Of a stretch of 64,000 nt of DNA, positions 1-8,524 are shown piece by piece. The position numbers and the translations under genes were made by a program. Position 1 is the first letter of the stretch; every line of letters begins with the position of its first letter. Location: the NCBI GenBank assembly GCA_963771905.1, contig CAVYVI010000014.1, positions 287,339 to 351,338 of the forward strand, in the 5' to 3' direction. The notes beneath the pieces are model-generated. The model saw only the letters and a list, made by a program, of their open reading frames with translations. It did no database searches and was not told the origin of the DNA. The stretch comes from an uncultured Acidobacteriota bacterium. Lineage in GTDB: Bacteria; Acidobacteriota; Terriglobia; Acidiferrales; UBA7541.

Positions 1-1272
1 AAAGTCGAGCGCGACGAGCCACTCTTCGAAATTTCCACCGACAAGGTGGACGCGGAGATTCCGTCGCCCTCCGCCGGCATCCTCAAAGAGATCAAGATCG
101 CCGAAGGCCAGACGGTTCCCGTGCAAACCGTCGTTGCTGTGATTGATGGCGCAGGCGCTGCAGCGAGCGCGCCGGCTCCCGCGCCTACAAAGGCAGTAGC
201 GCCAAAGCCCGCGCCCTCTCCGGCCGCCGCGGCGCCATCGTCCGCAGCGGCGCCCGCTCAAGCAAAAGCCGCGCCCGCGCCGGCGGCTCCGGCCGCGCCG
301 AAGGCAGCCACGACCGCCCCTGCATCGCGGGAAAAGATTCGCAGCTCGCCGCTCGTCCGCCGCCTCGCCAAAGAAAACAGTATCGATCTCGCGCAAGTCC
401 CCGGCACCGCCGCCGGAGGCCGCATCAGCAAGAAGGACATTCTTGGCGCCATCGAAGGCGGCGGCGCCCGCTCCGCGTCTCCGGCCGCGTCATCTGCATC
501 AGCCCCACCGCCGCCCTCCGGCGGCGCCGCGGCCCATGCCACCATCGAAACCGCCGTGCCGCGCGAAAAAATGTACTTCGGCCATTACGAAGTTCAGCCC
601 ATGTCCGTGATGCGCCAGAGAATCGCCGAGCACATGGTGCTTTCCAAGCGTGTTTCTCCGCACGTCTACTCGGTCGATGAGGCCGACGTCACCGCCATCG
701 CCAATCTTCGCGCGAAAATGAAATCGAAGTTCGAGGAGAGCACCGGGACGAAGCTGACCTTCATGCCCTTCTTCGTCCGCGCCGCCGTCGAAGCGCTGCG
801 CGCGTTTCCGACCGTGAATTCCTCGGTCGACGGCACCAACATCGTCCTGCATAAGGAATGCAACATCGGGATCGCCGTAGCGCTCGACTGGGGCCTGATC
901 GTTCCGGTCATCAAGAACGCCGAGGAGAAGAATTTCCTGGGGCTCGCGCGCGCCATGAACGATCTCGCCGAGCGCGCCCGCTCGAAGAAGCTCAAGCCCG
1001 AGGAAGTGGCCGAGAGCACTTTCTCGATCACCAACCCCGGCGTCTTCGGCGGCTTGTTCGGATTGCCGGTCATCAATCAGCCGAACGTCGCAATTCTCGG
1101 CCTCGGCACAATCGAGAAGCGCCCTGTGGTGATCGACGACGCCATCGCCATTCGCTCAATGGTCTACCTGACGCTGAGTTACGACCACCGCATCGTCGAC
1201 GGCGCCATCGCCCATCAGTTCATGGCCAAAATCAAGCACACGCTCGAAGAGTGGACGGAAAGCATTCTGTAG
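1..1272 (+). CDS. 2-oxo acid dehydrogenase E2 component (dihydrolipoyllysine-residue acyltransferase); 5' end lies outside the window
   Basis: Frame 1 is open from nt 1. KVERDEPLFEISTDKVDAEIPSPSAGIL is the end of a lipoyl domain with the TDK lipoyl-lysine motif. It is followed by a long Ala/Pro linker and a peripheral subunit-binding domain (SSPLVRRLAKENSIDLAQVPGTAAGGRISKKDI). The catalytic domain carries DHRIVDG. Which 2-oxo acid complex it belongs to cannot be told from here. Confidence 0.9.
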   Translation, partial: KVERDEPLFEISTDKVDAEIPSPSAGILKEIKIAEGQTVPVQTVVAVIDGAGAAASAPAPAPTKAVAPKPAPSPAAAAPSSAAAPAQAKAAPAPAAPAAPKAATTAPASREKIRSSPLVRRLAKENSIDLAQVPGTAAGGRISKKDILGAIEGGGARSASPAASSASAPPPPSGGAAAHATIETAVPREKMYFGHYEVQPMSVMRQRIAEHMVLSKRVSPHVYSVDEADVTAIANLRAKMKSKFEESTGTKLTFMPFFVRAAVEALRAFPTVNSSVDGTNIVLHKECNIGIAVALDWGLIVPVIKNAEEKNFLGLARAMNDLAERARSKKLKPEEVAESTFSITNPGVFGGLFGLPVINQPNVAILGLGTIEKRPVVIDDAIAIRSMVYLTLSYDHRIVDGAIAHQFMAKIKHTLEEWTESIL

Positions 1273-1295
1273 CCTAGCTCCGCGTCTTTTGACGA

Positions 1296-1330
1296 AGGCC
1301 TCGCATCCAAAATGCGGGGCCTTTTATTTT
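1296..1330 (+). terminator. Rho-independent terminator after the E2 gene
   Basis: 11-bp stem aggcctcgcat / atgcggggcct (one G-U pair) with loop ccaaa, followed by tttatttt. It begins 24 nt after the stop codon. Confidence 0.8.
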
Positions 1331-1392
1331 CGGGAACCTATTTTGCGTTGTGAATCGATGAGACTCGAATTTAACGAAACCTACAGGCAGCC

Positions 1393-2529
1393 ATGAGCTC
1401 TCGAGAAATCTATCCCGGATGGGGTCAGCCGCCCTGGAAGATTGATTTCACGCCGCGCCGGCGACGTCTGCCGAAGGAAGTCGACTTCGCCATAATCGGA
1501 GGCGGCTTCACGGGGCTCGCCGCTGCCGCTTGGCTGCGCCATCTCGCGCCGGACAAATCCGTCGCCGTCTTCGAAGCGGGGCGCATCGGCGCGGGCGCGA
1601 GCGGGCGAACCGGAGGAATGGTGCTTGCCGGCACGGCGTCTGGCGGTCAGCGCGGCCTCGGCGACGTTCTCGCTGGGTTTCAGTCCATCTTGAAGCGCCT
1701 GCGCGTGCGGTGCGATCTCTCGCTTTCCGGCGCGTGGGAGATCGGCCGGAGCGGTTCCAAATGCAAAGACTCGCCGATCTCCTGGGAGGATTCGGGAACT
1801 CTGCGTGTGACCAAAGAAGTGCCCGGCGGCACGCTCGATCCCGGCAAACTTGTGAGCGGCCTCGGGCGCGCAGCCGAGCGCGCGGGTGCGCTCATCGCCG
1901 AACGCCAGCCGGTACAGCGCGTGTCATGGAGCGCATTTCCGGAACTCGAATTCGCAGCGGGGAAGTTGCACGCGAAGAAAATCCTGTTCGCGATGAACGC
2001 GATGTCGCTCGATCTTAGCGGTCTCGGCGAGGACATGCACCCGCGATTGACGCTTGCCGCTTTGACCGCGCCCGTATCCGAAAGATTGCTCGCCGCCGTC
2101 GGTCTCGCCGCCCGAAAACCGTTCTACACCGTCGATTTTCCGTACCTCTGGGGCCGCGTGCTCAAAAATAATTCGGTGATGTTCGGAGCCGGTCTGGTCG
2201 CCTCGCCCGACGAGAACGATCTTGCGGGCGTTGACATCGCATCGGCCGAGCCCGCGCGCATGTTTGACACGCTCGAGGGCCGCGTCCGCCGCATGCATCC
2301 AGCGCTCACGAATATTCGCTTCACGCGCCGTTGGGGCGGCCCCATTCTCTTCCGCGACAATTGGACGCCGGTCTTCGATTGGCATCCCGCCAGCCGCAAC
2401 GCCATCATCCTCGGCGCCTATGCCGGCCACGGCGTCGCGTTGTCGAGCTACCTCGCCGCCTGGGCCGCGGAAGCTCTCCTCGGCCGCCGCAAACTGCCTG
2501 CCTGGGGCGCCGTCCGCGTCGCGCGCTGA
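1393..2529 (+). CDS. FAD-dependent oxidoreductase (DAO family)
   Basis: N-terminal Rossmann dinucleotide motif DFAIIGGGFTGLAAAAWL. Length (378 aa) and a C-terminal GHG-type segment (YAGHGVALS) fit DAO-type flavoenzymes. Substrate unknown. Confidence 0.75.
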   Translation: MSSREIYPGWGQPPWKIDFTPRRRRLPKEVDFAIIGGGFTGLAAAAWLRHLAPDKSVAVFEAGRIGAGASGRTGGMVLAGTASGGQRGLGDVLAGFQSILKRLRVRCDLSLSGAWEIGRSGSKCKDSPISWEDSGTLRVTKEVPGGTLDPGKLVSGLGRAAERAGALIAERQPVQRVSWSAFPELEFAAGKLHAKKILFAMNAMSLDLSGLGEDMHPRLTLAALTAPVSERLLAAVGLAARKPFYTVDFPYLWGRVLKNNSVMFGAGLVASPDENDLAGVDIASAEPARMFDTLEGRVRRMHPALTNIRFTRRWGGPILFRDNWTPVFDWHPASRNAIILGAYAGHGVALSSYLAAWAAEALLGRRKLPAWGAVRVAR

Positions 2530-2543
2530 GCTCGTTCAACCTC

Positions 2544-3356
2544 TTAGTTCACCCTCATCCGCAATTCCTCCGCAAACTTCTCGATCCGATTCACCGGAAC
2601 AACCGCTATCTTTTGCTCTTCGAAGAGCCGCGCCACGAATTGGTGCCGCGGATTTTCGCGCGCGGGTTCGGCCTCCGTGAACGCGGTGAACTCCGTCTTC
2701 GGCACGCGCGCCCGGATGCATTCCGCCGTGTACGCCAGCACCTTTGCCTGCGACGCATCTCGCGCCAGAGAAAACGCTTGGATGTAGCCGCGCGTCCCGT
2801 TCGAGCCGTAGCCGTAATCGAGCCGCATGGGATCGCCCGGCTGGGTGAACTCCTCGACGCGTACGCTCCTTTCCATACGCGCCAGTATCCGGTGGCGGCG
2901 AAAAACGTCGCTCAATTTCGACCGCAGCCACGCCCGCATATTTTCGAGCACGCCGGCGCGTCCCGCGAAGTGCGGCGGCGCCACGTGCTCGCGGTAGAGT
3001 CGCTCCAACTCCGCGTCGAAATCTTCGGCCAGCAGCGCTCTCTGCGGGCTGAATTGCAGGGCGTTCGACAGCGAGTCATCGAGCTTCGCGAGATACGCCG
3101 CCGCATCCGCAGCGCCCGCCACGCGCGCGTCCATTTCGGCCGGCAGCGCGCGCAGCAACGATTCATCGAACGCCGGATGGAGGCGTTTCACGCGCGCGAA
3201 CTCGGCCGTTTCTTCGATCGTCCGCGCCGCGCGCCGCTGGCCCGCCGCGTCTTCCAGGATCACGCCGATGTTGATCCACTCGTCGCGGACCACATTCGGC
3301 ATGTAGCGGAGAATCCGATACTTCAGAGTGTGCAAATTATCTTCTGGCATAGTCAC
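2544..3356 (-). CDS. DUF3037 domain protein (uncharacterised), partner of the upstream HipA-like kinase
   Basis: The N-terminus LKYRILRYMPNVVRDEWINIGVILED matches, from memory, the hallmark start of the DUF3037 family. GTG start at 3356 or ATG at 3350. The long + strand ORF 2331..4313 opposite is an antisense artefact. Confidence 0.75.
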   Translation of the reverse strand: MTMPEDNLHTLKYRILRYMPNVVRDEWINIGVILEDAAGQRRAARTIEETAEFARVKRLHPAFDESLLRALPAEMDARVAGAADAAAYLAKLDDSLSNALQFSPQRALLAEDFDAELERLYREHVAPPHFAGRAGVLENMRAWLRSKLSDVFRRHRILARMERSVRVEEFTQPGDPMRLDYGYGSNGTRGYIQAFSLARDASQAKVLAYTAECIRARVPKTEFTAFTEAEPARENPRHQFVARLFEEQKIAVVPVNRIEKFAEELRMRVN

Positions 3357-3503
3357 ATCCCGTTTAGAAAGGATGAGCGCGACGCTTTCCCCGCGCCGGG
3401 AATCAATTCAGCCCGCAAACTTCCCGCCGTCAAATCTCGCCCAGATTCACACTTCAGCACAAGACTTCCTCCTCCGGCGTGTGCAGATTGTCCTGTGCCA
3501 CGT

Positions 3504-4325
3504 TCACGTCCAGTTCGGAAAGGGTATGCGAGAGGATTTCCACGCGGCGCGAATCAGTTCGGGCACCAAAGTCCGCCGCCGGTACAGTTGTTCGAGCATG
3601 CGATACAGCGCGTCCGGCTCGAAATTGTACCACTCGGGTGGAACCGCGCTGGCCGCTTCGTCGAGCGCTCCCGGATCGAGCGCCTTCAGCCGCTCGAGCC
3701 ACGGCTCGAACGCCTCCATCCCGCGAACGCGCTCGTATACCAGTTGCCGCGTATAAATCCCGCGCAGCGGCGCGTCGGGAAAATTCCATTCTCCGGCGTT
3801 GAAGCAAAAGCCGTGGTCGATCATCACGGCGCGGTATTTGCTCTCGTGCGGCGGCCGGAAGAAAATCGCCTGCCGTCCGTTGGTGTTGCACGTCCACTTG
3901 TCGAACACCAGCACGCCGGCAAAGCTGTCGAGATTCTGCACATCGCGGAGCTGCTCGTCGGGAAGGAAATCGTATACGACGGTCGTAGCCGGAGCGTCGG
4001 GATAGCGCGAGCCAAATTGCATTCCGGTCGAGCACGGCTCGTGACCGCGCCCCAGTTGAATCACCAGATCCTCGGTATTCGCAATCAATTCGGCGCGGAC
4101 TTCCACCACCGCCGCGCTCGCCACAGGCAATCCCAATCGTCCCGCCAATCTCGTACCCAGCAATTCGTTCGCCAGGATCCTCACTCCCTGCGGGTTGTTT
4201 CGAAACTTGACAACGTAATAGCTATCGTCCGCGCAGCGCATCAGATGCGCCTGCGCTCCTCCGCGCATCCTCCGGACCTGTTCGACCGCCAACGGCATCC
4301 GCGCGTATGCTAACGAGCGGCCCAA
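3504..4325 (-). CDS. HipA-like (HipA_C / PI3-4-kinase-fold) family kinase, stand-alone 273 aa
   Basis: N-terminal string RMRGGAQAHLMRCADDSYYVVKFRNNPQGVRILANELLGTRLAGRLGLPV. Catalytic-loop-like FDKWTCNTNGRQ and Mg-loop-like MIDHGFCF. All are typical of short HipA-family kinases. Alternative start at M10 (4298). Confidence 0.7.
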   Translation of the reverse strand: MGRSLAYARMPLAVEQVRRMRGGAQAHLMRCADDSYYVVKFRNNPQGVRILANELLGTRLAGRLGLPVASAAVVEVRAELIANTEDLVIQLGRGHEPCSTGMQFGSRYPDAPATTVVYDFLPDEQLRDVQNLDSFAGVLVFDKWTCNTNGRQAIFFRPPHESKYRAVMIDHGFCFNAGEWNFPDAPLRGIYTRQLVYERVRGMEAFEPWLERLKALDPGALDEAASAVPPEWYNFEPDALYRMLEQLYRRRTLVPELIRAAWKSSRIPFPNWT

Positions 4326-4421
4326 GCCACCGCAAGAAAAAGATTCTCAGATTGGGAACGTAACAGAGTGAAACACTTCGGAGGGTTTCTCTGCAGGCAA
4401 ACCAAACCGGAATTCCAGCAG

Positions 4422-4449
4422 CCGGAGCGCACAATCCCGGGCGCTCCGG
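4422..4449 (-). terminator. GC-rich hairpin downstream of the small acidic/basic protein gene (possible terminator)
   Basis: Perfect 9-bp inverted repeat ccggagcgc / gcgctccgg with a 10-nt loop, 19 nt after the stop at 4468. There is no clear U-tract, so intrinsic termination is uncertain. Confidence 0.4.
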
Positions 4450-4467
4450 TGCCGCAAAAATTCGCGA

Positions 4468-4785
4468 CTATCTCTTTCTCTTCTTGGCTTTTTTCTTCGG
4501 GCGCGCTTTCGCTTTGGCCCGCTTCTTCTTTTTCGCTGGCGCCTTCTTCGCTTTCCTGCGGGCTTTCTTCGCAGCCGGCTTCCGGGCGGGCTTGGCCTTC
4601 GGACGCGTAGGCGCCGGCGGCGCCGGACGGCCAGCGGGAATCTCTTCGGGCTCGTCTTCATCGACTACGATGATCTCGTCGGTCTCTTCCTCGACGATCT
4701 CCGCGGGCCCGCCCAGTTCGTCTTCCTCTTCCTCGTAGCGGGGCAAATCCTCGCCGTCGTCGTCGTGCATCTTCGCGTAAAACAT
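4468..4785 (-). CDS. Small bipartite protein: acidic N-terminal half, Lys/Ala/Pro-rich histone-H1-like basic C-terminal half
   Basis: ATG is preceded by GGAGG (ggaggtagcATG). 105 aa: MFYAKMHDDDGEDLPRYEEEEDELGG...DEDEPEE, then PKAKPARKPAAKKARRKAKKAPAKKKKRAKAKARPKKKAKKRKR. A consensus-like promoter lies upstream. The overlapping ORFs 4347..4661(-) and 4484..4738(+) are low-complexity shadows. Confidence 0.7.
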   Translation of the reverse strand: MFYAKMHDDDGEDLPRYEEEEDELGGPAEIVEEETDEIIVVDEDEPEEIPAGRPAPPAPTRPKAKPARKPAAKKARRKAKKAPAKKKKRAKAKARPKKKAKKRKR

Positions 4786-4837
4786 GCTACCTCCGTCGGG
4801 GTCACCCTATGCTGGCCGGGCTCCCTTACCCTTCGCG

Positions 4838-4867
4838 CTTATAGACGGAGAGTCCGAGCTTTGTCAA
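4838..4867 (-). promoter_or_regulatory. Sigma-70-like promoter for the small acidic/basic protein gene
   Basis: The minus strand reads TTGACA-N18-TATAAG (TTGACA = 4867..4862, TATAAG = 4843..4838). It lies about 50 nt upstream of the ATG at 4785. Confidence 0.45.
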
Positions 4868-5010
4868 GACGCAAGCGATTGTGGCCAAAAGATTTCCGCG
4901 GAAACACTTGAGACGGGGGATCGCACGTGCAGATTTCTTATAACGTTCCTATAATCAGTTAGTTACCATGCGTATATGAAGCTTGGCCGTAGGGATTCGC
5001 CGCGCTACGT

Positions 5011-6918
5011 CTACTTCTTGGGCGCAACGACCAGCAAGTCGCCCACTTCGAGGGCGCGATTGTTGAGCGCGGGATTCGCGCTGCGCAGGGCATCCACGCT
5101 CGTCCCAAACTGGCGCGCGATCGAATATAGCGTCTCGCCCGCCTTCACCCGGTACTGCACAGGGTCGGCGGGAGCGGCCTTGGCATCACGGACCGCGACG
5201 CTTTGCATCTGGCCGCTCGCGTCGGATTGCGCCGACTTGCCTTTCGTATGCGCGGTCGTCGAAGGGTCGCCGCCCGCGTAGATCCGCAGCCGGGCGCCGC
5301 GTGGCGCCTGACTTCCGCGAATTCCGTTCCAGCGTTTGAGGTCCGCCACCGTCACCGAAAATTGCTCGGCGATCCCCGCAAGCGTGTCACCGCGGCGCAC
5401 CCGATAATGCACCAATTGCAACTGCGCGGGCATCGCGGCTGGAATCGTCAGCTTTTCTCCCGGCGCTATATCCGTTGCCGAGGCGAGATGATTGGTCTGC
5501 TCGATCGCCGCCGCGGTCACCTTATAATGCTTGGCGATCGCCGCAAGCGTCTCGCCTTCACTCACCTCATGAATCCGCCAGCTTTTCCATTTGTCCGGCG
5601 GAATCCCCGCGATGGCGGCGTTGAAGGGTGCGGAGGTTCCCGGCGGAAGCCGCAGCGTGAAATTCGAATCATCCGGCGTGACCAGTCGCAGCAGTTCCGG
5701 ATTCAGCATCCGCAGATCGTCGAGTTCCGTGCCGGTTGCATCGGCCACCAGCCGCAGATCGATCGGATGTCCCGGCTTCACCGAATCCACGTCCGGCGGT
5801 TTGTCCGGATCCACTTGCACGCCGTAGAGGGCCGGATCCTTCGCCACCAGCGCCAGCGCCAGAATAATCGGAACGTAGTTCTTCGTCTGCGTTGGCAGGG
5901 CGTTGCGCTTCTGAAGCTCCCAGAAATCCGCATATCCGGTCCGCTCGATCGCCTTCGCCACATTTCCCGGGCCGGAATTGTATGCCGCCATCACCAGATA
6001 CCAGTCGCCGAACATAGCGTAGAGATCGCGCAGATGATGCGCCGCCGCGTGCGTGGCTTTCTCGGGATCGCTGCGCTCGTCGATGTACCAGCTTCGCCCG
6101 AGGTCGTATTCCTCGCCGCGATACGGCATGAATTGCCAGATTCCGCGCGCGCCCGCCCGCGATACCGCCTGAGGTTGGAACGCTGACTCCGCCTGCGCCA
6201 AATAAATCAAATCCTGCGGCACGCCTTCTTCCTTCAGGACTCTCCGAATCATGTCGTGATAACGCCCCGCGCGCCGCAAGCCGGTCTCGACGATGGCGCG
6301 CCCGCGCTCGGTCTGGAAGAAGCTCAGGTACTGCAGCACCGAATCGTTCACCGTCAACGGCAGGTCGTGCGGCACCCGCATCAATTCCTGCTCGGCTTTT
6401 TCCGCGAGGCGGGGGTCCCCCGGCGGCAGTGTCGACAAGTCCGCAATTTCATCAATTGGCGCCGGCTCGGCCATTTCATCCGCGCCTTCGGTCTTCGCAA
6501 TCTGCGCGTCTTCGAGCGCGTCCGCGTGCATGGTGTCGAGGATTTGGTCGAACAGCGCGGCGAGTTGCACGTCGCTATCCACCGGGATGCCGCTCGACAT
6601 CACCAGGCTGATGGCCGCATTAAATTTCACGCGCGCCTCGTCCATTTTTCCGGCTTCGAAAGCTGCCTGCCCGGCGTTCAGATCTTCCTGCATCTTGGCC
6701 ATCAGGGTGTCGACAGCTGGACGCCGATCGAGAAGGTCGTACCCTGCGAAGGGCTGGTAAGGAGGGAACGGCAGAATCTCGGCCTGTTGCGGCGCATGCG
6801 TTGGCACCGGGACATTCGGGCGCACCTGGACGGCGTGCTTCGCCGTATCCTCGCATCCGCCGAGCAGCAAGACCGCCGCTCCGAGCGTCAACGCCGCTCT
6901 GAATTTGCCGCGAACCAT
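5011..6918 (-). CDS. Membrane-bound lytic murein transglycosylase (MltD-like) with C-terminal LysM repeats; lipoprotein
   Basis: SLT catalytic region (LAQAESAFQPQAVSRAGARGIWQFMP, AAYNSGPGNV). Three LysM-like repeats (HEVSEGETLAAIAKHY.., YRVRRGDTLAGIAEQF.., YRVKAGETLYSIARQF..). The likely start is M23 of the track ORF (MVRGKFRAALTLGAAVLLLGGC = lipobox); the track ORF extends to 6984. Confidence 0.85.
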   Translation of the reverse strand: MVRGKFRAALTLGAAVLLLGGCEDTAKHAVQVRPNVPVPTHAPQQAEILPFPPYQPFAGYDLLDRRPAVDTLMAKMQEDLNAGQAAFEAGKMDEARVKFNAAISLVMSSGIPVDSDVQLAALFDQILDTMHADALEDAQIAKTEGADEMAEPAPIDEIADLSTLPPGDPRLAEKAEQELMRVPHDLPLTVNDSVLQYLSFFQTERGRAIVETGLRRAGRYHDMIRRVLKEEGVPQDLIYLAQAESAFQPQAVSRAGARGIWQFMPYRGEEYDLGRSWYIDERSDPEKATHAAAHHLRDLYAMFGDWYLVMAAYNSGPGNVAKAIERTGYADFWELQKRNALPTQTKNYVPIILALALVAKDPALYGVQVDPDKPPDVDSVKPGHPIDLRLVADATGTELDDLRMLNPELLRLVTPDDSNFTLRLPPGTSAPFNAAIAGIPPDKWKSWRIHEVSEGETLAAIAKHYKVTAAAIEQTNHLASATDIAPGEKLTIPAAMPAQLQLVHYRVRRGDTLAGIAEQFSVTVADLKRWNGIRGSQAPRGARLRIYAGGDPSTTAHTKGKSAQSDASGQMQSVAVRDAKAAPADPVQYRVKAGETLYSIARQFGTSVDALRSANPALNNRALEVGDLLVVAPKK

Positions 6919-7170
6919 GGTTTCACCCATCAAAATCAGTTTGCCTGACGCGCCCACCGAAATTTTCCGGACGCGCGTTCCCAATCAAACTTTTGATGCC
7001 AACGCGCGTCGCGGCGGCAGTCCTCTACCATCGATCCGTGTCGACACGTGTCAGTCCCGCCCCTAGGTAAGGGGTATCGAAAATTGTATGTGCTGGAGCG
7101 AAAGCGGGTCAATGGCCCGCGATCAAACCGGGGTGACTGAAAGAGGACACTGAAATAGGGCAGTCGCGTA

Positions 7171-8361
7171 CTACGCCAATGCTTGCCGGAGATCCTCGAT
7201 GAGATCTTCCGGATCCTCGAGGCCGATCGAAACTCGAACCGTCCCCGGTCCAACCGAGGCCTTCCGAAGCTCTTCCATCGACATATTGTAGTGCGAGGTG
7301 TAGATCGGCAGGACCACCAGCGATTCCACCCCTCCGAGACTCGCCGCCAGAAGGAAAATTCGCACCCGGTCGCAGAATCGCCGCGCGGCGGGCAGTCCGT
7401 CCTTGAGGTCAAACGCCATCATCGCGCCGAACCGCCGCATCTGCTTTTTCGCCAGCGCATGATCCGGATGAGAAGGCAACCCCGGGTAATGGACCCGCGC
7501 GACCTTGCGATGCTTCGAAAGCCATTTCGCGACGATCATCGCCGTCGCGCATTGTCGCTCGACGCGCAGTTCCAGCGTCTTCATCCCACGCATCAGCAAA
7601 AACGCGGCCTCGGGGTCCATCGATCCACCGAGGTTAATGATGTTGTGCCGCACTTCGGCGATCCATTTGCGGCTGCCTGCCACGGCGCCAGCGATCACGT
7701 CGGAGTGCCCGGCGAGATACTTCGTCGCGCTATGGCAGACCATGTCGAATCCCAACGCGATGGGCTTCTGGAGCACCGGGCTCGCGAACGTGTTGTCAAT
7801 CATCGTCACCAGACCGTGCTTCTTGGCAAAGGCCATGGCTTTTTCAAGGTTGACCAGCCGCAGCGTCGGATTCGTCGGCGATTCCACATACAGCGCCTTT
7901 GTCTTCGACGTGACCAGCTCTTCGATCCCCGCCAGATCGGCTTCCACCATCTTCACGCCGATTCCGAAGCGCGGGAACGTATCGCGCAGCAGACGATATG
8001 TGCCGCCGTACGTCTGCCGCGAGGCGATCAATTCATCGCCGCTCTCAACCGTCGCGAGCAGCGCGCTTGAAATCGCCGCCATTCCCGACGCCGCCACCAC
8101 CGCATCTTCGGCTCCTTCAAGCGCCGCCAGCTTCTTTTCGACAACCGCCAGCGTCGGATTGCCGTAGCGCGTGTATATATACGCGGAGCTTTTGCCCTCG
8201 GCCCAGCGCTTCATCTCCGCCGTGTTCGCGAACGTGAAGTTAGCCGTGCGCGCGATCATTGGTCCAACGGGAGCGCCGATGCCGAATCTTTCTTCGCCGC
8301 AATGGATCGCGGTCGTGGCATCTTTCCAGGTCTTGGACGAGGTCTTGGCCGATTTTTTCAT
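7171..8361 (-). CDS. Cys/Met-metabolism PLP-dependent enzyme (cystathionine gamma-synthase / gamma-lyase / methionine gamma-lyase family)
   Basis: PLP-lysine motif HSATKYLAGHSDV with family-typical flanks (YTRYGNPT, ESPTNP). I prefer the start at MKKSAK (8361), which has GGGAG upstream; the track ORF begins at 8403. Confidence 0.85.
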   Translation of the reverse strand: MKKSAKTSSKTWKDATTAIHCGEERFGIGAPVGPMIARTANFTFANTAEMKRWAEGKSSAYIYTRYGNPTLAVVEKKLAALEGAEDAVVAASGMAAISSALLATVESGDELIASRQTYGGTYRLLRDTFPRFGIGVKMVEADLAGIEELVTSKTKALYVESPTNPTLRLVNLEKAMAFAKKHGLVTMIDNTFASPVLQKPIALGFDMVCHSATKYLAGHSDVIAGAVAGSRKWIAEVRHNIINLGGSMDPEAAFLLMRGMKTLELRVERQCATAMIVAKWLSKHRKVARVHYPGLPSHPDHALAKKQMRRFGAMMAFDLKDGLPAARRFCDRVRIFLLAASLGGVESLVVLPIYTSHYNMSMEELRKASVGPGTVRVSIGLEDPEDLIEDLRQALA

Positions 8362-8524
8362 AAGCTCCCTTTTGTGGCGCACCGAGGATGTCCCGGCCCG
8401 CACTGCGGCACAAGCGCCAATTTGTACGGTTTGCGGCTGGGTATGCCCGCGCGGTCGCCCCGTTCGGCCATCGCTCGGGCCGCCGGTCAGCCAATCGCTG
8501 GGCGGGTAGGGAAGTCTTCTCAGA

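Noticed and set aside
3353-3460. 35-codon ORF (GTG start after ggaggagga) in the spacer between the HipA-like and DUF3037 genes; its TGA overlaps the GTG at 3356
   Set aside because: It is too short, the peptide VLKCESGRDLTAGSLRAELIPGAGKASRSSFLNGM is unremarkable, and the DUF3037 gene probably starts at ATG 3350. It cannot be supported without conservation or expression data. It would be worth a look if the module is studied.
2331-4313. 660-aa + strand ORF spanning the DUF3037 and HipA-like genes
   Set aside because: Its product is Arg/His/Pro/Leu-rich with no motifs. It runs exactly antisense to two well-supported minus-strand genes and across their spacer. This is a typical stop-free antisense frame of GC-rich coding DNA.
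8362-8524. Possible SAM or other riboswitch in the leader of the Cys/Met PLP-enzyme gene
   Set aside because: I could not find SAM-I core elements or any other riboswitch consensus I recognise. The spacer is short and directly abuts the kinase stop codon. A covariance-model scan (Rfam/Infernal) would be needed to settle this.
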